64,000 nucleotides of DNA from Bugula neritina (GCA_964035545.1 OZ037769.1:14290633-14354632), one strand, 5' to 3'. Counted from the first letter of the stretch, positions 15,201-28,314 are shown. The notes: generated from the sequence alone by a model not told the origin. Translations and numbers: made by a program.

Positions 15201-18200
15201 TAGGATTCAAATTCAGTTAGGTGTTCCAAATTTGAGTTGATGCTGTGTATATGCTAGAAATTATTAGTTAATGTTAATTGTTACTGGGATGACTATAATA
15301 GGCCTTTTTTAAATTAAATTTTTAAATTACTGGAAATAAACCAGTTTTGTTATGTTTTTTGTATTTTAAAGTAATTAAATCAAAAACTTACTTAAAATTG
15401 CACAAAATAAAAAAAGGTTTAAAATTAGAGAACATTAAGAAAATAGTGATCAAATTGAATTTTTCTTTTTAAAAATGCATCTATAATGCTAATATTATTG
15501 TTATTTTAAAGAGGTATATATATTCTAACAGAAAATTAAAGCCGTGAAAAGCTATACATATACATCCTTACCAAAGTGTATATGTTCATTTTTTTCTATG
15601 GTTTTTCTAGTTATCTCAATTGCTCTTTTATTCCGTCTATTTAAACTTATATAGATGCTATTTTTGAAAAAGTTTTCAATAAATTGATACAAAATAAAAC
15701 TATTGGAAGTAGACAAGAAATTCTGATATAAAATAAGCCATATAAAATAAGAAACCATGTTTTCAACTGTTTCAATAAAAAAAGTCAAAAAATGGATTTA
15801 TATAAAAATTCTATCTAAGTGCTACATGGAATAAAATTTTGCTTTCAATGCATACTCTGGGCTACTCATGATTGAGTGAGGCACAAAAACTCAAGGCTTG
15901 GTTAGTTATTATGTGCTAGTAGTTAGTAGGGCCCACTATAAAAGGCCTAGCTTTTTACTTGGCAGTATATCAACCCACATCGCTGGTAGACTAACAAAAC
16001 ACTTGATGAAACATGTCTAGTTTTTACTCTTTGCGGTTGACCACAGCTTGATAAAGTGATAGCCCTTGAAAATGTATTGTATTTTTACTGGAAGGGTAGG
16101 TACCCCAGCCCCCAATAGATAAGAGACTGTTCTATTAAGACTATAGTTTAAACAAAACCATTATAATGCATACCCAGACAAAAGTATTAGACTGAGTGGG
16201 GACTGGGCATAATTTTCTTTTCTGTTGCTGGGATGTGTTTCTATTCTGGGACCGTCTTCATTGTTCTTCTTTCATGTTGATCTCTGTTTTATAACTCTGG
16301 TAAAGCAGCCACATTTCTGTACTCTTATACCATGAGCTGTAATCCAATGCAAATCATTATAAAGCGAATAATGCTACTTTTTTGTGGCCTAGTTATTTTA
16401 AGACTTTGTAAAGTTTAAACCAGTTTGAACAGGGGTTGCATATTTATGAAGCTAATTTTCTTTTTTGTGGTGGCTTTCACAGAACAGTATTGTACAAAAT
16501 TAAGCTTTAATAATCAAAATATATATATATGTGTGTGAACAACTCGGTCAATGTGACAGCAGTGCTATCATGGCATGATATATGATTTGACATCATGCAT
16601 GATTTGTATGCCAGCTTTTCCTTATTCCTTGTTAGGACATCCAACAGCAGCTGTAAAACAAGTTTCTATGAAATTGCAATACATTTCAAAATTGGTCGTA
16701 GCAATCACTTTTAGTATTTAAGGAATAAGGAAATTATTTTAAAAAGTCAAACAACTTGAAGTATTTAATTAAATCATTGATTATAATATAACCTACTACC
16801 ATGATGTGGCAGGATTTTACAGTGCTCAAGTGTTCCATAATAGTGTCTATTATACAGCGCAGTATCAGCAGTTTATCCTGTAAGCTGATAGGTGAAGCGG
16901 TAACAATGCTCCGTGACACGACTTTATCTCATCACCAGCTGATGGGGTGATTATTTCCCCGAGAAGTTTCCTGCACGTATTCAATGAAAAACTAAATAAA
17001 ATTTACCATTTGAATATTTGAATTTTAATTGCTTATCTCTACCAAGAATTTCGGTAATAGAATTTATAAAAATGTAATGTTGTTCTTGGAATTCACAACT
17101 GTTTGTCTTCGTGTATATATAACTGCACATTAAATATTTCATGGTGCTGCTAATAGCACAAGCAACTCCCACCCCTAATTTGATGGGTATTCATGGCTAA
17201 GCCCTGGGGCTACTAAAGAGTGAATACTGGCAGGATTTGAAACAGTTGAGCATATTTTTGAAACCTAATTCGCAGCATAACTAACAAAATATTCTGTTTA
17301 ACTAAAGTGGCTGAACTGGGTTTGCTAGCAAGCGGGCTATAAAAATTGAAACTTTTTAATTTCAACTCCGTAATGCAAGGTGTAAACCAAATTATTATTA
17401 TGATTATTGATGCTGGCTTATTTTGTCGCTTGATTGAGTGGAAATTCCCAGTAGCCGGTCAGAAAAACACAACAGCGATATTCTAGCCGACACTGAGAGC
17501 GCTTATAAGTATGCCAAGTACAAATGCACTTTTACATTGTTTTTCAACTGATTTCCATATCCTGTTAGAATTAAAAGACAGCTATTGATTTGACCCAGTT
17601 CTTCATACCTTCCATCAGTCAACCTAATATCTCGTAAACATGTTTATATATAAAGCGCCTGTAAGTCACGTTTGAATAAAATGCTTCTTTAAATCAATTT
17701 CTAACCATTTCCTGATTGAATTCGCGTTATTAGCTTTAAATCATCCAATAGCTAATGGTTACATAAGCGTAATAATATGGTGTGTTGGCTCCTACTTTGG
17801 TAGCTTTAGCTCAGTTCTGTTTTAGCTTTTCTTGTATGGGCTGATGATTTTTCATGTTGAGTTTAGCTGTTACATAACTAATACTGTTTAATAAGCTCTC
17901 ATAGCTCAACATCTTGTAAATATTATATAACTCCATCTATTTAGAGTCGCAAGTCCTGGGAGAACTGGTGATGGTAAGGGATTAGGTGCCCCCCCCCCCA
18001 ACTAATAATATGGTTTGGTAAAAGGGCCATTAAAACCTTTTTTCTCTTACTACCAGATGGCTGCCCTGCTGAGACTTGAACTGTACAAGTAGCTACAACA
18101 TTGACTGTTGAAGAAAAACCTCATATCCCTGAGCTGTGGTCTTTAGGGTTTTTTTTAGCTTATAGAAGCTTCTTCCAGTTAAATTTGAATGCCAGACACC

Positions 18201-18329
18201 AATTACATGGTGTAGCCATATCCTGGAACAGAATCCTGTTACACTAGCCACATATAGCACATGTTGCAATATGTTTTCTAGCCGGTTGTGCCAATACCAT
18301 ACACCTACCTACATTCATCCACACCGGTG

Positions 18330-19470
18330 TAAATAGCTCAGATTTTCAGCGTAAGTCAATTAGCATAAAATATTTTATATGATTGTGTCTAGGAAATTTT
18401 TCTAGCTTAGAGTTTTGGGTGAGGCCAAAGTTAATGGGGTGTGCGCACAATACACTCCTTTCTAAATGAAGAGAGTAGTAACCTTAGAGCTGATTGGCTA
18501 GAGACCAGCATTGATGTTGTGAAGTAGCTTTAATCTGACTCGACTAACAACAGGATAGTAATGCTAGATCCCAGGCTAATGATAACATTGATTCATTGGC
18601 TACGGAGTGACAATGCAAAATAAAAGTTTGTAAACATGTTTCAGCGTGGGCACATGGTGTGTGCGTTTCATAAGACACTCGTGTGGCACCATCATTATGG
18701 AAAGGTTGGATAATGGACTAGCTTTGAAATCACCAGTTTAATCTGTTTACAGTATTTGAAAAGGTAAGCTTGCAATATATCCCAATACTTTCCAACTGAA
18801 TTTTGATGCACGTTAGCTTAGCTTTTAGAAGCAAAGAAAATAGAGCTTTTTTGTAGATGTATAAAGTGCTAGTTTTGCTGCCTGCATTTTTATGTTTAGC
18901 ATAATTTGTGCCACAAACACAATCCGTGTTTGCCCTAAAGATGTTATTGCTAGATTGATGAGTGCACCCGTTATCAGCAGCATAGCTTAAGCTCAGTATC
19001 TTTAGTACTGATGTACCAAAAAGCTCTATTAACTACATTTCAAGCTATTAACAGAGAAAATTGCAATTCTTCGAGTTGATGGTTATTTCAAACAAACCAT
19101 TGTCAGGCCACAAGACTGTAATTAACTGAACTAAGTTTAAGTGCAGCATGTCATGGCTTATGAAAAAAATTTCAGCTGCACTGTGAACTGCTGACCCAAT
19201 TAATTTGTTATCGTCTTTGCTATCACCCAGGCAAGCCTATTCAAATAACAACATCCAGTGATATTTAGTGCATTGATTGATTCTTGTGTTTGCGAAGGTT
19301 AAACTATGAATGGCCGGTGCTATCTGATTCATAGTTATAATACTTCAGTAAACACTCGTGTAGTCCGAACAGTAAGTCAAACGTACTGATAGAACCACCA
19401 ACTGTGCTTTGTCTACGACTGCATAAACTTGGGCTAAAGTCCTGGCATTCAAAGAGATGAAGTTGCAGCA
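18330..19470 (-). mobile_element. Possible highly decayed non-LTR retrotransposon (LINE) apurinic-like endonuclease remnant
   Basis: Minus-strand fragments occur in the expected order: FISLNARTL (~19450), TGDFKA (~18730; cf. GDFNA), LTLASPK..NFLDTII (~18400; cf. TWxSP...IDYI). They are interrupted by stops and frameshifts. Confidence 0.3.
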
Positions 19471-22400
19471 ACAGGAAAGAAGATATTCTCTGACGTGACC
19501 AACACTTAAAACGACTTGATGAAGTCAGGTAAAGTCAATTGAAAAAACATTCATTGTGTTCTGATTTCAAAAAGCCTTTGTTATTTTAAATTTAATTCTT
19601 TTGTTACAATGTGTCATTTTCATTTGACTATACCAGCTTTGTTTAGTAACTGTTGTGGTGAAAGATGACCCTACACTTATCTTGCAAAGGAGGTGATATG
19701 CCTGTGGCATGCTCTCAATAGAGTTCAACTGCTAGCAACTTTCTGTAATAAGTAGTTAATTCCTTACTTCGTGATGTTTACTAAATATAATTGTATTTTC
19801 ATGTTGAACAGTCATTTTGAAGCAATTTGTGCATTTATTCAATCACTCACTAGGTCACTCATGTATCTGATGATTTATTAAATAAGTTTCACTGATTCAT
19901 TTTATGGCATTTCTTCCAAGCTGTGCCAAGATCCTTTTAGCACAACTTATATTATTTGGAGCTAAAGACTGAATGAATGGTTGCACAATGTTCTATTAGT
20001 GCATTGAACCCTGTGCATGCTCATCCCTGGCCTAGACAACTAGGCATGCGTGCTCAGCAAGATGTCATTGCCAGGCAAATACCAGAAGACAATGTAAATC
20101 TGACATAAGTAGAAATCAATGAGTTTGCGTAGGTTACACCCAACTTGTTCATGGTCTCAGTCAGTTATCAAATGTGGAAACCTGATTTTGGAAATTAGCA
20201 ATGCAGCATATTGTAGGTCAACTAGCCATCTGCTATACTGGACTTTAAAAGGAAATGGCAATTTGCAGTTTCTATGGCAACAGACTCATCACCTAAAGAT
20301 TTGATGATTTCACAAAGAAAAGTATGAGATTACCAAGTAATGGCTCAAGAGTTAATCATATTAGTAAGCCTACTAAATAATTTATGCTTAATTATTATCT
20401 CTGTGATGATGTGGTTTGCATGCAGTATAATTCCTCTGTTCAACTGTTCAGAGAGTTCTGCATCAGAGATTGTGTGCGTGCCGGTGTCAGTGCTATAGTT
20501 ATACAACTGACACCCTTGACATGTGCTCCTGTCAACATGTGCTCCTCTTGCTAGCCCTGATGCTTCATATTGCATATGCTGCAGTCTTTGTGTAGGAGAC
20601 TTCTCTCTATTTCTAGTGAACACTGATGTTTCTACTACTTGCTAATGTAATGATGCATATAATACTTTAGCACCAGTACTATTACTGCTACTAGTACTAC
20701 TGCTACTACTATTACTACTATTCTACAACAAACAATCGGCATTACTGGCTTAGCTATTTCTTGTACTTTTACTGCTACAAACACTGCCACTAGTACTATG
20801 AGTTTTCACTTATATAACTACTGCTGCTACACCAATGCAACTACTAATTTTGGTAGTAGTTGTAGTTGTAGTAGTAGTAGAAGTAGTGGCAACGTAGTAT
20901 TAGGAGTAGCGTCACTATTCTAAGGGTCATTGAATCAGATCCATTTTTACCCTTTCCTACCAAAACCAAACTTTCATCTGTCGTATACTGAATCTTAAGT
21001 TTAGAAGAACTTCTGCTAAGATTAGTTGAAAACATCAGTCGAGCTCATTTGTCTAGCAGCTTTCATTTGGTAGGAGTTCGTCCAGAAATATTCAACTCGC
21101 TAAAAGTTCGTCCAGAACTATGAAGCGTGAAGTTGTCTGCCGATGAATGCTCGTCCGATGGTGCTGTCAGTGACATCACCGGGTGAACATTCATCTTTGG
21201 GCTGCTCTTTGGTCAACAAGCTGGAAGTGCCAGCGACTATTCGCTACCCTCAATCTTACCTCCCAGATGCAAGAGCTGGACGCAACTCATCAACAGGAGC
21301 TGTTCAATAACTTTTTGCTATATTTTACCTGTTCTGTGTGCTACTATAGATATTTCGTGTGTCTGTGTTTTCCTTTAGAATATAGCTGCCTGCTGACAAA
21401 GTCAATGTATGGAAGTGTTATTCAGACATCCAGAATTTGGTATTCTAGAAATTACTTTCTTTAAATCATTTTAAATTATCAATTTACATCTAGAAAGTCA
21501 TTCTTTCTTTCTTCCTTATGTGCGTTGCTTTTTCGAGACTAGTTGGTAAATAAAAATTGCTAAATATGTGACCTAACATGTTTTGTACCAGCATTGTACA
21601 TCTATTAGGTGCTTGGCTAATGCTCTTCTTTTTTTAGTTGAACAATGAAAATAATGAATGCGCAATTTTGGCACTTTACCAACATAGAGGCAAATATGCT
21701 CTAGGAAGAGTTCAAATATTAGCTAAGGTCAGTATTGCTTAAGTTAATAATACGCTGGTCAGTACCTGCTCGATAAACAGGCAACGACTGGTCAATCAAT
21801 ATATAGGTCAATCATATTTAAATATGTCATTGAACTTCAGGCTATTGAGAGAAAACAATGTCAGAGAACTTGACTAGTTTAAAGTATTGTTTTGGCTAAA
21901 AAGTAGTACTAGAATCTAATGTTTGAGTAAAACTAGTATTATCAGGTTCCACGTCAACAACCACTTCTCTAGTACTTAGCTCCATGCTGTGTTTCTAATC
22001 CATTGAAGCCATTTCATGTAACCATCTAAAACACTGTATCTCCTTTTGTCTATTGAAACGCATACTAATACTAGTAATCTAAAGGTTTTACTTGGAGCTT
22101 TCCATCAAAACAAAAAGTGTACTCTTGGAACTGTTAACTTTATTCACCAAGTCTATAGAAAAAGGAGTAACCACCATGAATAGAGCATTAAGTTACAATT
22201 ATAAGTAGAACTAAAAGCACCTCTCATTCCGAACTCCATGACTCGGGACTGAGCAGGTGTACCTGGTGAAGCTATGTTTACCTGAGTGGACAGGTGATGG
22301 CCATTATTGTGTAACAATGCTAAAAGCAGCTGCAGTATGTGTTGTGCAGCTTACATCTGCAGGAGTAATACACCAGGAGTTACAACCTGATGTCAAATAA

Positions 22401-23627
22401 CTGATAAATGGGCATCATAATTGGTTCACAAATTTCCACTAGCTGCACAATTTTTTACTCTAAAATTTAGAAAACTTTTCTGGAATTACCATATAAAGTT
22501 TTTACAAAAGATAAATGATAATTTTATGTTAGCAAAAAACCAATATTTAGATATAGAGGAAATTTAAGAAAAGAAAATCGTTTTATCAGAAAAACTATGT
22601 TTCTTGTATCGTTTAATTGAAAATGACTGTTGAATGAGTCAGTTTTAAAACCCTGTAATATAATTATATGTGTTGTTTACATAATGGTGTTTAACTAGGC
22701 GTATACACTTTGAGTAGTTTATGTTAGTCAGCTGGTCTTGAATTACTGGAAATTGTTTAGTGTTTATCACTTTGCAAATGTTTTGATCATAGAATTACTA
22801 CATTTACTCTGCAATCAATAATTACATATCATATTTCCTTATAGACTCAATCCAACTCTAGTTATATTATACTGGTAAACTTTGTATAAGCGTTCACTTA
22901 GTTTTAAGAACGAAACCAGATGACATGCTGAAGCATAGGCTAAGTTTATTTCAATAAGGGTGCCTCTTTTGTCAACTTTTATATCTCTGATTCACACTTC
23001 CTTCCTGTTGAGCAATTTTTGCCAAATAATGGGAAAATTATGTGTCTGTAAACTCACAGAGATACTGTGTACACACCACACTGATATTATCCTGGTATCA
23101 GTTGTTCAAAAGCTCAGGGCTTCGTGATTCATCTCTCTTGTTGGATCATAACAATGTTTGTATGAATATTTTATCTCGTTGAAAAAATCATTGTTTTTCT
23201 TTGACTCTGTGGGAGCAAAAAGAGTGTGCAGGGAATTTAATATTGTTGAATAGAAGTTGTTCTCCCATGTACTGTCTGGCACACTTCAAGTAACGTGCCA
23301 GAAAATAGCTGTATCTTGTTTATGCCAGCATGAATTGCATGACGCGCACTCAGACTGAACCCTCTAGTTGACCGACAGCCAAAAGACATCTTACTATAAA
23401 TAAAGCAGAAGACTGAAACTCTTCCAGACTTGGGTGTATTCTGCATCAAAACAACTCCTTTATGGGTAATTAGGTCAGTAATACTGAAATGTGGTGTTCT
23501 CTATTTATACATGACTTCATTACATCATTTGTACATACAATCTTTAAGCTACATGCATATTCAGAATGATCTACTTTTTGACTAATAGCAATTGTAACAC
23601 AAATTATCAATGCACAGAGTTAGATAT

Positions 23628-23836
23628 CAGTGGTGGTCTAGAGGTGGGAGCGCTCGCCTAATAAACACAAAGTCATGGGTTCGAATCTGACTAGGGCCAT
23701 TGGTGATGTTAGGAAGAGCATTCAGTCATAATTGCTCCTGTGCCTCATCTGAATAAGTCCTTAGCCTGCTTTAACAAAAACCCTTTCTATCAGGGGTTTC
23801 TCACTGCAGGGATGGCGACTATAAACTTACATGAGT
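23628..23836 (+). mobile_element. tRNA-derived SINE, family A, copy 1
   Basis: A-box-like TGGTCTAGAGG and B-box GGTTCGAATC, then a shared core (GCCATTGGTGATGTTAGGAAGAGCATTCAGTCATAATTGCTCC) and tail (GACTATAAACTTACATGAGT) found in four other copies in this window. Confidence 0.8.
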
Positions 23837-24403
23837 ACTTAAAGCTACATGCAGTTGCTGCTGTAGAAGCATCTGCTACAGAATGGATGCACTAACATGA
23901 TATATGCTGCCATGCTGCTGCTGCATGCTGTCATACTGCTTTACTTATTCTGTTTACTGCAAATGATGCAAGCATGCTGTGTAATGATACGCAGATGTTG
24001 GCAAGCATGATATAGCAACAGGTCAAATATTTACCCTGCTAACTCATATATAGAGCACAAGCAATCAATATGTAAACATGGAGTTATCACTCCTTGTCTC
24101 ATAACAGCGTTGAACCGTTTTATAATCATATTACTTAAGTATAATGTCTATTTTCAGTTTAATGAGATATTGAAGAATCTTATTTCTTAACACAATTTTA
24201 GTACATTTTATGGCAAATATAAATATTTCTTTAGATGAAGATCAGATTTGCTATAGACTGGCTTCCAGCAACACAAAGAAATTTTTGATTTCCAGACACT
24301 TTCCATTGCCAACAATAACATTAGCAGAGTTCAAACTAATAGATAAGAGTGTTATATTTTTAGTCAATGATGAATAATAGTGCCTTTCACTTTTGAATGT
24401 TAC

Positions 24404-25045
24404 TGTCACAAATTCTGAGTGTACATATATCTATAGACCTACCAGGTTTTTCCTAATGATTATACAGGAATGTTCATAAATATTCTAGACTGATCAAAGA
24501 GATGGGTCATTGTTCATTGTTATTGTTTTCATTAGTCATGTTAACTACTGCCCAGCAATGTAAACAAGGTGTTGCGCAATAATTGCGAAATAACCATGGA
24601 AATTCCAATGTTTTGTTTTGTTTTGATTTTCTATAAATAGTATTGGCATGTGGGGAAGGTTTTCTACTAGAATCTTCTATACTGGAATGCTTGAGAATAT
24701 TCTAGAGTGTTTTGTTTACTATAAATACTGAGGCAGTTGTGTTTACAGTTCAGTTCATTCTCGCAGTTCCTTTTTATAAGTTCATTCTCGCAGTTCCTTT
24801 TTATAAGTTCATTCTCGCAGTTCCTTTTTATAAGTTCATTCTCGCAGTTCCTTTTTATGAGTTCATTCTTGGAGTTCATTTTAATACATTCATCTGTGCA
24901 TATCTTACTAGAGAAATAAAGTATACTTATATCCACAACTCTATTTATTCACAACTGGATTAGCAAGCTGTATACTACTTGTCTATACACTTCTGACTAC
25001 CAGACTTTTCGAACTCGTCACACTGCTACCAACAGTTTTGTGACA
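24404..25045 (+). repeat. 5' LTR (642 bp)
   Basis: Direct repeat of 28315-28956 at offset 3911; the ORF-track translations from both copies are identical. It contains TATAAAT boxes (~24632, ~24720), four 27-bp tandem units (~24753-24860) and AATAAA (~24915). Confidence 0.97.
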
Positions 25046-25047
25046 AT

Positions 25048-25065
25048 TGGGGGCTGCTCCGGGAA
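25048..25065 (+). promoter_or_regulatory. Primer-binding site, tRNA-Pro-like
   Basis: TGGGGGCTGCTCCGGGAA starts 2 nt after the LTR and matches the canonical tRNA-Pro PBS TGGGGGCTCGTCCGGGAT at 15/18 positions. Confidence 0.8.
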
Positions 25066-25141
25066 GTCTCAGTCGCACACAGGGAAGTTATTAGTTACAA
25101 CGTGAGTATACACAGGATTAATTAACAGTTGTTGAGACATT

Positions 25142-28100
25142 ATGGCGTTGTTGGAGAGAGTGACACAGATGGGCAAAGATCTTGGATTGGTGGAAGACAA
25201 GCTCATAGCTTTTGTTGAAAAAAACCTACCCATTGTTGCTGCACAAGAGGAAAAAGAAAAGGCATGGGAGGAAAAAGAAAAGGACCGAGAGGAAAAAGAA
25301 AAGGACCGAGAGGAGCGTAGATTAGAGCGTGAGGCGGAAAGGATCAAGCAAGAAAATGAGAAAGCCTTAATGGAGATGAAGATAAAAGCTGACCAGGAGG
25401 CAGAAGAGAGAAGACAACGACATGAATTAGATATGGAAAAGCTGAAAGCTAACACAAGTTTGGAGCACTCAAAACATGAAAGCACCAGGTTAGAAATAGC
25501 TAATAAACCAAAACCGAAAATACCATTCTTTGATGAGAAGGTGGACGAAATGGATAGCTATTTAGAGCGGTTCGAGTGGGTTGCCGAAGGATGTAATTGG
25601 GACAAGGGAGATTGGCCCTACCATCTCAGTCAGTACCTAAGGGGTACAGCAACAGAAGCTTACATCCGGTTGTCGCCTACCGATCGCAGAGATTATAAAA
25701 AAGTCAAAGAAGCCTTGTTGGAGCGCTTTAACTTGACTCAAGAGGGCTACAGAAAAAAGCTCAGAGAGGCAGAAGCTTACGAGGATGAAACTCCTGCCCA
25801 ACTATTCACTAGGATAGAAACTTACGTGCACAAGTGGGTGGAGCTTTCAGGGGGCATGGACATAGCCAAACTAGTGGCGACTGAACAATTTATATCATCA
25901 TGCCCAGACGACCTAGCTGTGCATTTAAAGCAAAGTTCCTACAACAGCAGTGAGGATATGTGTGATGCAGCGTCACTGTTTTTGCACGCCCGTGGAAGAA
26001 AACTAGCAAAGACTAAGAAAACTAATACAAAAAGGATGGAAAACACACCCGCCGGTAGCATGAATGCTGAACAAGGAAGTAAAAGCGATGGGGCATGCTT
26101 CATCTGCAAAGATAAGTCACACATTGCTCGTAACTGCCCACGGCGAGCCAAGAAGTACTGTTCACATTGCAAGATGAACAACCACAATACTTCAGACTGC
26201 AGAAAGTATGGTGGGAGATCAGTGCATGCTGCTGCTGCAATAGCAACTACTCAGAATAAGACTATGGTCACAGATCCAGGAATTTCATCTAAAGTGGAAG
26301 AACCTACAGAAATCACAGTTAATGGTAAAAAGTTTTTCAACACTGCTGTCTGCAAGAATGGACCTAAATTCAAAGATGGGGGCACAGCAATATTTGATGC
26401 GGAAGTTAACGGCCAACGAGCGACTGTAATGCGCGACACCGGCTGTGGTTGCATTGTAGTCAATGCAAAGTATGTGCAACCTCAACACTTAACTGGAGAA
26501 TCAGTTTATCTGAATATGGCTGATGCAAGTGTTAGGAAGGCTCAGTGGGCACTTATCTCAGTGCGCTCACCATTTTACAATGGTGTCGTCAAAGCTGCAG
26601 TAATGGACAAGACGATTTGTGACCTGCTTATTGGGAATGTGGATGGAGCAAGATCAGCTGACCAGCCACTGGAAAACTGGAAGGACTGCGCCGTAACCAC
26701 AAGAGCTCAAGCTGTCAAGGAAAAGTCAGGAGACAAACCACTGATGGTTGATTCAAATGCTAACCCATTAAGTATAGGGAAAGATGAGATAGCCAGAATG
26801 CAGAGGGATGACCCCACATTGGAACGTTTCTTCGATGCAAAAGAAGTGAAGGAGAAAAAGGGATGCACCACTAGGTTTGTGGTGAGGAATAAGATCCTGT
26901 ACCGTGAGTACACCGACTCGAAGTCTGTCAGTGTAAAACCAGTTAAACAACTCATGGTACCCAGTTCACTGAGGAAGGAAGTTCTACAGAAAGCTCATGA
27001 CTGCATAATGAGCGGACACCTAGGAGTAAAGAAAACCACTGATAGAGTGCTTTCCAACTTCTTCTGGCCAGGACTAAACGGAGATGTCGTACGTTTCTGT
27101 CAATCATGTGACATTTGCCAGAAGACGGTGAAAAAAGGCTCAGTCATGAAAGTTCCAGTACAGGAAACTCCACTAATTGACACCCCATTCAAGAGATGTG
27201 CAGTAGACCTAGTCGGACCAATTAACCCTCCGAGTGAGAAAGGACACCGCTACATCTTAACTCTAGTTGACTATGCTACAAGATATCCTGAAGCTACACC
27301 ATTGAAGAACATTGACTCAGCTACTGTAGCTGAAGCGCTGCTTGACATGTACAGTCGTGTTGGGATACCAGAGGAGGTGATAAGCGATCAAGGAACTCAA
27401 TTCATTTCGGACTACATGAAAGAGTTTACCAGATTACTTGACATGCGACAACTTCCTACCTCACCATACCATGCAATGGCCAATGGACTTGTGGAAAAGT
27501 TCAACGGAACCCTCAAGAGTATGTTAAAAAAGTTGTGTGCTAAAGAGCCAAGACAGTGGCATCGGTTCATCAATGCGGCTCTATTTGCATATAGAGAAGT
27601 CCCACAGGAATCAACAGGCTTCGCCCCATTCGAGTTACTCTATGGAAGAACTGTGCGTGGACCAATGTACATCCTGCGACAACTTTGGACAAAAGAAGAC
27701 ACTGCCGATGAAGTCAAGACCTGCTATCAACATGTTTTTGAATTGAGAGAGCGTTTAGATGACATGATGGAAATGGCACTAGCTTCGCTAAAAGACAGTC
27801 AAAAAAGATACAAACACTATTTTGATAAGAAAGCTAAGCAGAGAGACTTCAAACCTGGTGACAAAGTGCTCATTCTTCTACCTACAAATGGAAATAAATT
27901 GCTGATGCATTGGCAAGGACCATTCAATATTGAGGAGAAAGTCAGACTGAATGACTACATTATCAACATTAGAGGCAAGAGGAGAACATACCATGCCAAC
28001 ATGCTGAAGAAATACTTTGAGCGGGAGACGCCTACCGACTCTATGACTGTTGGAGCTGTGATGACTCTAGATGCTGCTGGTGCTGGAATTATTGATTACG

Positions 28101-28237
28101 ATAAGGAAAGAGAAGGCGAAGATGATTTGTTGGATCTGTACAATAAGAAACAACAGAGTGATGAGATGGGATATGTATTCACAAAACTTCAGAATCAAGG
28201 TGGAGTCAATCAAAGGAAAGGACAATGTTGGAGCTGA
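25142..28237 (+). CDS. Gag-protease-integrase polyprotein (1031 aa), lacking reverse transcriptase
   Basis: Coiled-coil N-terminus; SCAN-like capsid region (YLERFE..W..LRG.A.EAY...YKKVKEALLERF...EQF); two CCHC knuckles (CFICKDKSHIARNC, CSHCKMNNHNTSDC); aspartic protease RDTG; integrase HHCC (H-DCIMSG-H..CQSC), DDE core (VDLVG, SDQG, LVEKFN) and WQGPF. No YxDD RT motif. Confidence 0.95.
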   Translation: MALLERVTQMGKDLGLVEDKLIAFVEKNLPIVAAQEEKEKAWEEKEKDREEKEKDREERRLEREAERIKQENEKALMEMKIKADQEAEERRQRHELDMEKLKANTSLEHSKHESTRLEIANKPKPKIPFFDEKVDEMDSYLERFEWVAEGCNWDKGDWPYHLSQYLRGTATEAYIRLSPTDRRDYKKVKEALLERFNLTQEGYRKKLREAEAYEDETPAQLFTRIETYVHKWVELSGGMDIAKLVATEQFISSCPDDLAVHLKQSSYNSSEDMCDAASLFLHARGRKLAKTKKTNTKRMENTPAGSMNAEQGSKSDGACFICKDKSHIARNCPRRAKKYCSHCKMNNHNTSDCRKYGGRSVHAAAAIATTQNKTMVTDPGISSKVEEPTEITVNGKKFFNTAVCKNGPKFKDGGTAIFDAEVNGQRATVMRDTGCGCIVVNAKYVQPQHLTGESVYLNMADASVRKAQWALISVRSPFYNGVVKAAVMDKTICDLLIGNVDGARSADQPLENWKDCAVTTRAQAVKEKSGDKPLMVDSNANPLSIGKDEIARMQRDDPTLERFFDAKEVKEKKGCTTRFVVRNKILYREYTDSKSVSVKPVKQLMVPSSLRKEVLQKAHDCIMSGHLGVKKTTDRVLSNFFWPGLNGDVVRFCQSCDICQKTVKKGSVMKVPVQETPLIDTPFKRCAVDLVGPINPPSEKGHRYILTLVDYATRYPEATPLKNIDSATVAEALLDMYSRVGIPEEVISDQGTQFISDYMKEFTRLLDMRQLPTSPYHAMANGLVEKFNGTLKSMLKKLCAKEPRQWHRFINAALFAYREVPQESTGFAPFELLYGRTVRGPMYILRQLWTKEDTADEVKTCYQHVFELRERLDDMMEMALASLKDSQKRYKHYFDKKAKQRDFKPGDKVLILLPTNGNKLLMHWQGPFNIEEKVRLNDYIINIRGKRRTYHANMLKKYFERETPTDSMTVGAVMTLDAAGAGIIDYDKEREGEDDLLDLYNKKQQSDEMGYVFTKLQNQGGVNQRKGQCWS

Positions 28238-28268
28238 TTATCTAAGCCGAATTGACTCAGAATTTTAA
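28150..28268 (+). pseudogene. Out-of-frame remnant of the RNase H C-terminus
   Basis: Alternative frame NNRVMRWDMYSQNFRIKVESIKGKDNVGADYLSR matches the Gypsy RNase H end (R..RW...LQ......IKG.DN..AD.LSR). Its position after integrase gives the Gmr1 PR-IN-RT-RH order. Confidence 0.85.
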
Positions 28269-28302
28269 GTAGTTAGGAGAAATGATCAAGATAATTTCTC
28301 TT

Positions 28303-28313
28303 AGAATGGGGGG
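28303..28313 (+). promoter_or_regulatory. Polypurine tract
   Basis: AGAATGGGGGG ends 1 nt before the 3' LTR. Confidence 0.8.
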
Positions 28314-28314
28314 T

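Noticed and set aside
22900-23490. Coding-like minus-strand fragments (e.g. DFFNEIKYSYKHCYDP) as Roc-COR or transposase remnants
   Set aside because: Multiple stops and no motif I can recognise; needs tBLASTx.
24667-24963. ORFs with 9-aa repeats (NELIKRNCE, FILAVPFYK), and a CRISPR-like look of the 27-bp array
   Set aside because: By-products of a head-to-tail tandem repeat inside the LTR; no unique spacers, no cas genes, eukaryotic context.
25069-26955. Minus-strand ORFs overlapping the retrotransposon ORF
   Set aside because: Antisense shadows of biased coding sequence, with no recognisable motifs.
25142-28237. Interpretation as a Ginger-type DNA transposon or a domesticated SCAN/integrase gene
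   Set aside because: LTRs, PBS, PPT, 5-bp TSD, Gag, protease and the RNase H remnant identify an LTR retroelement.
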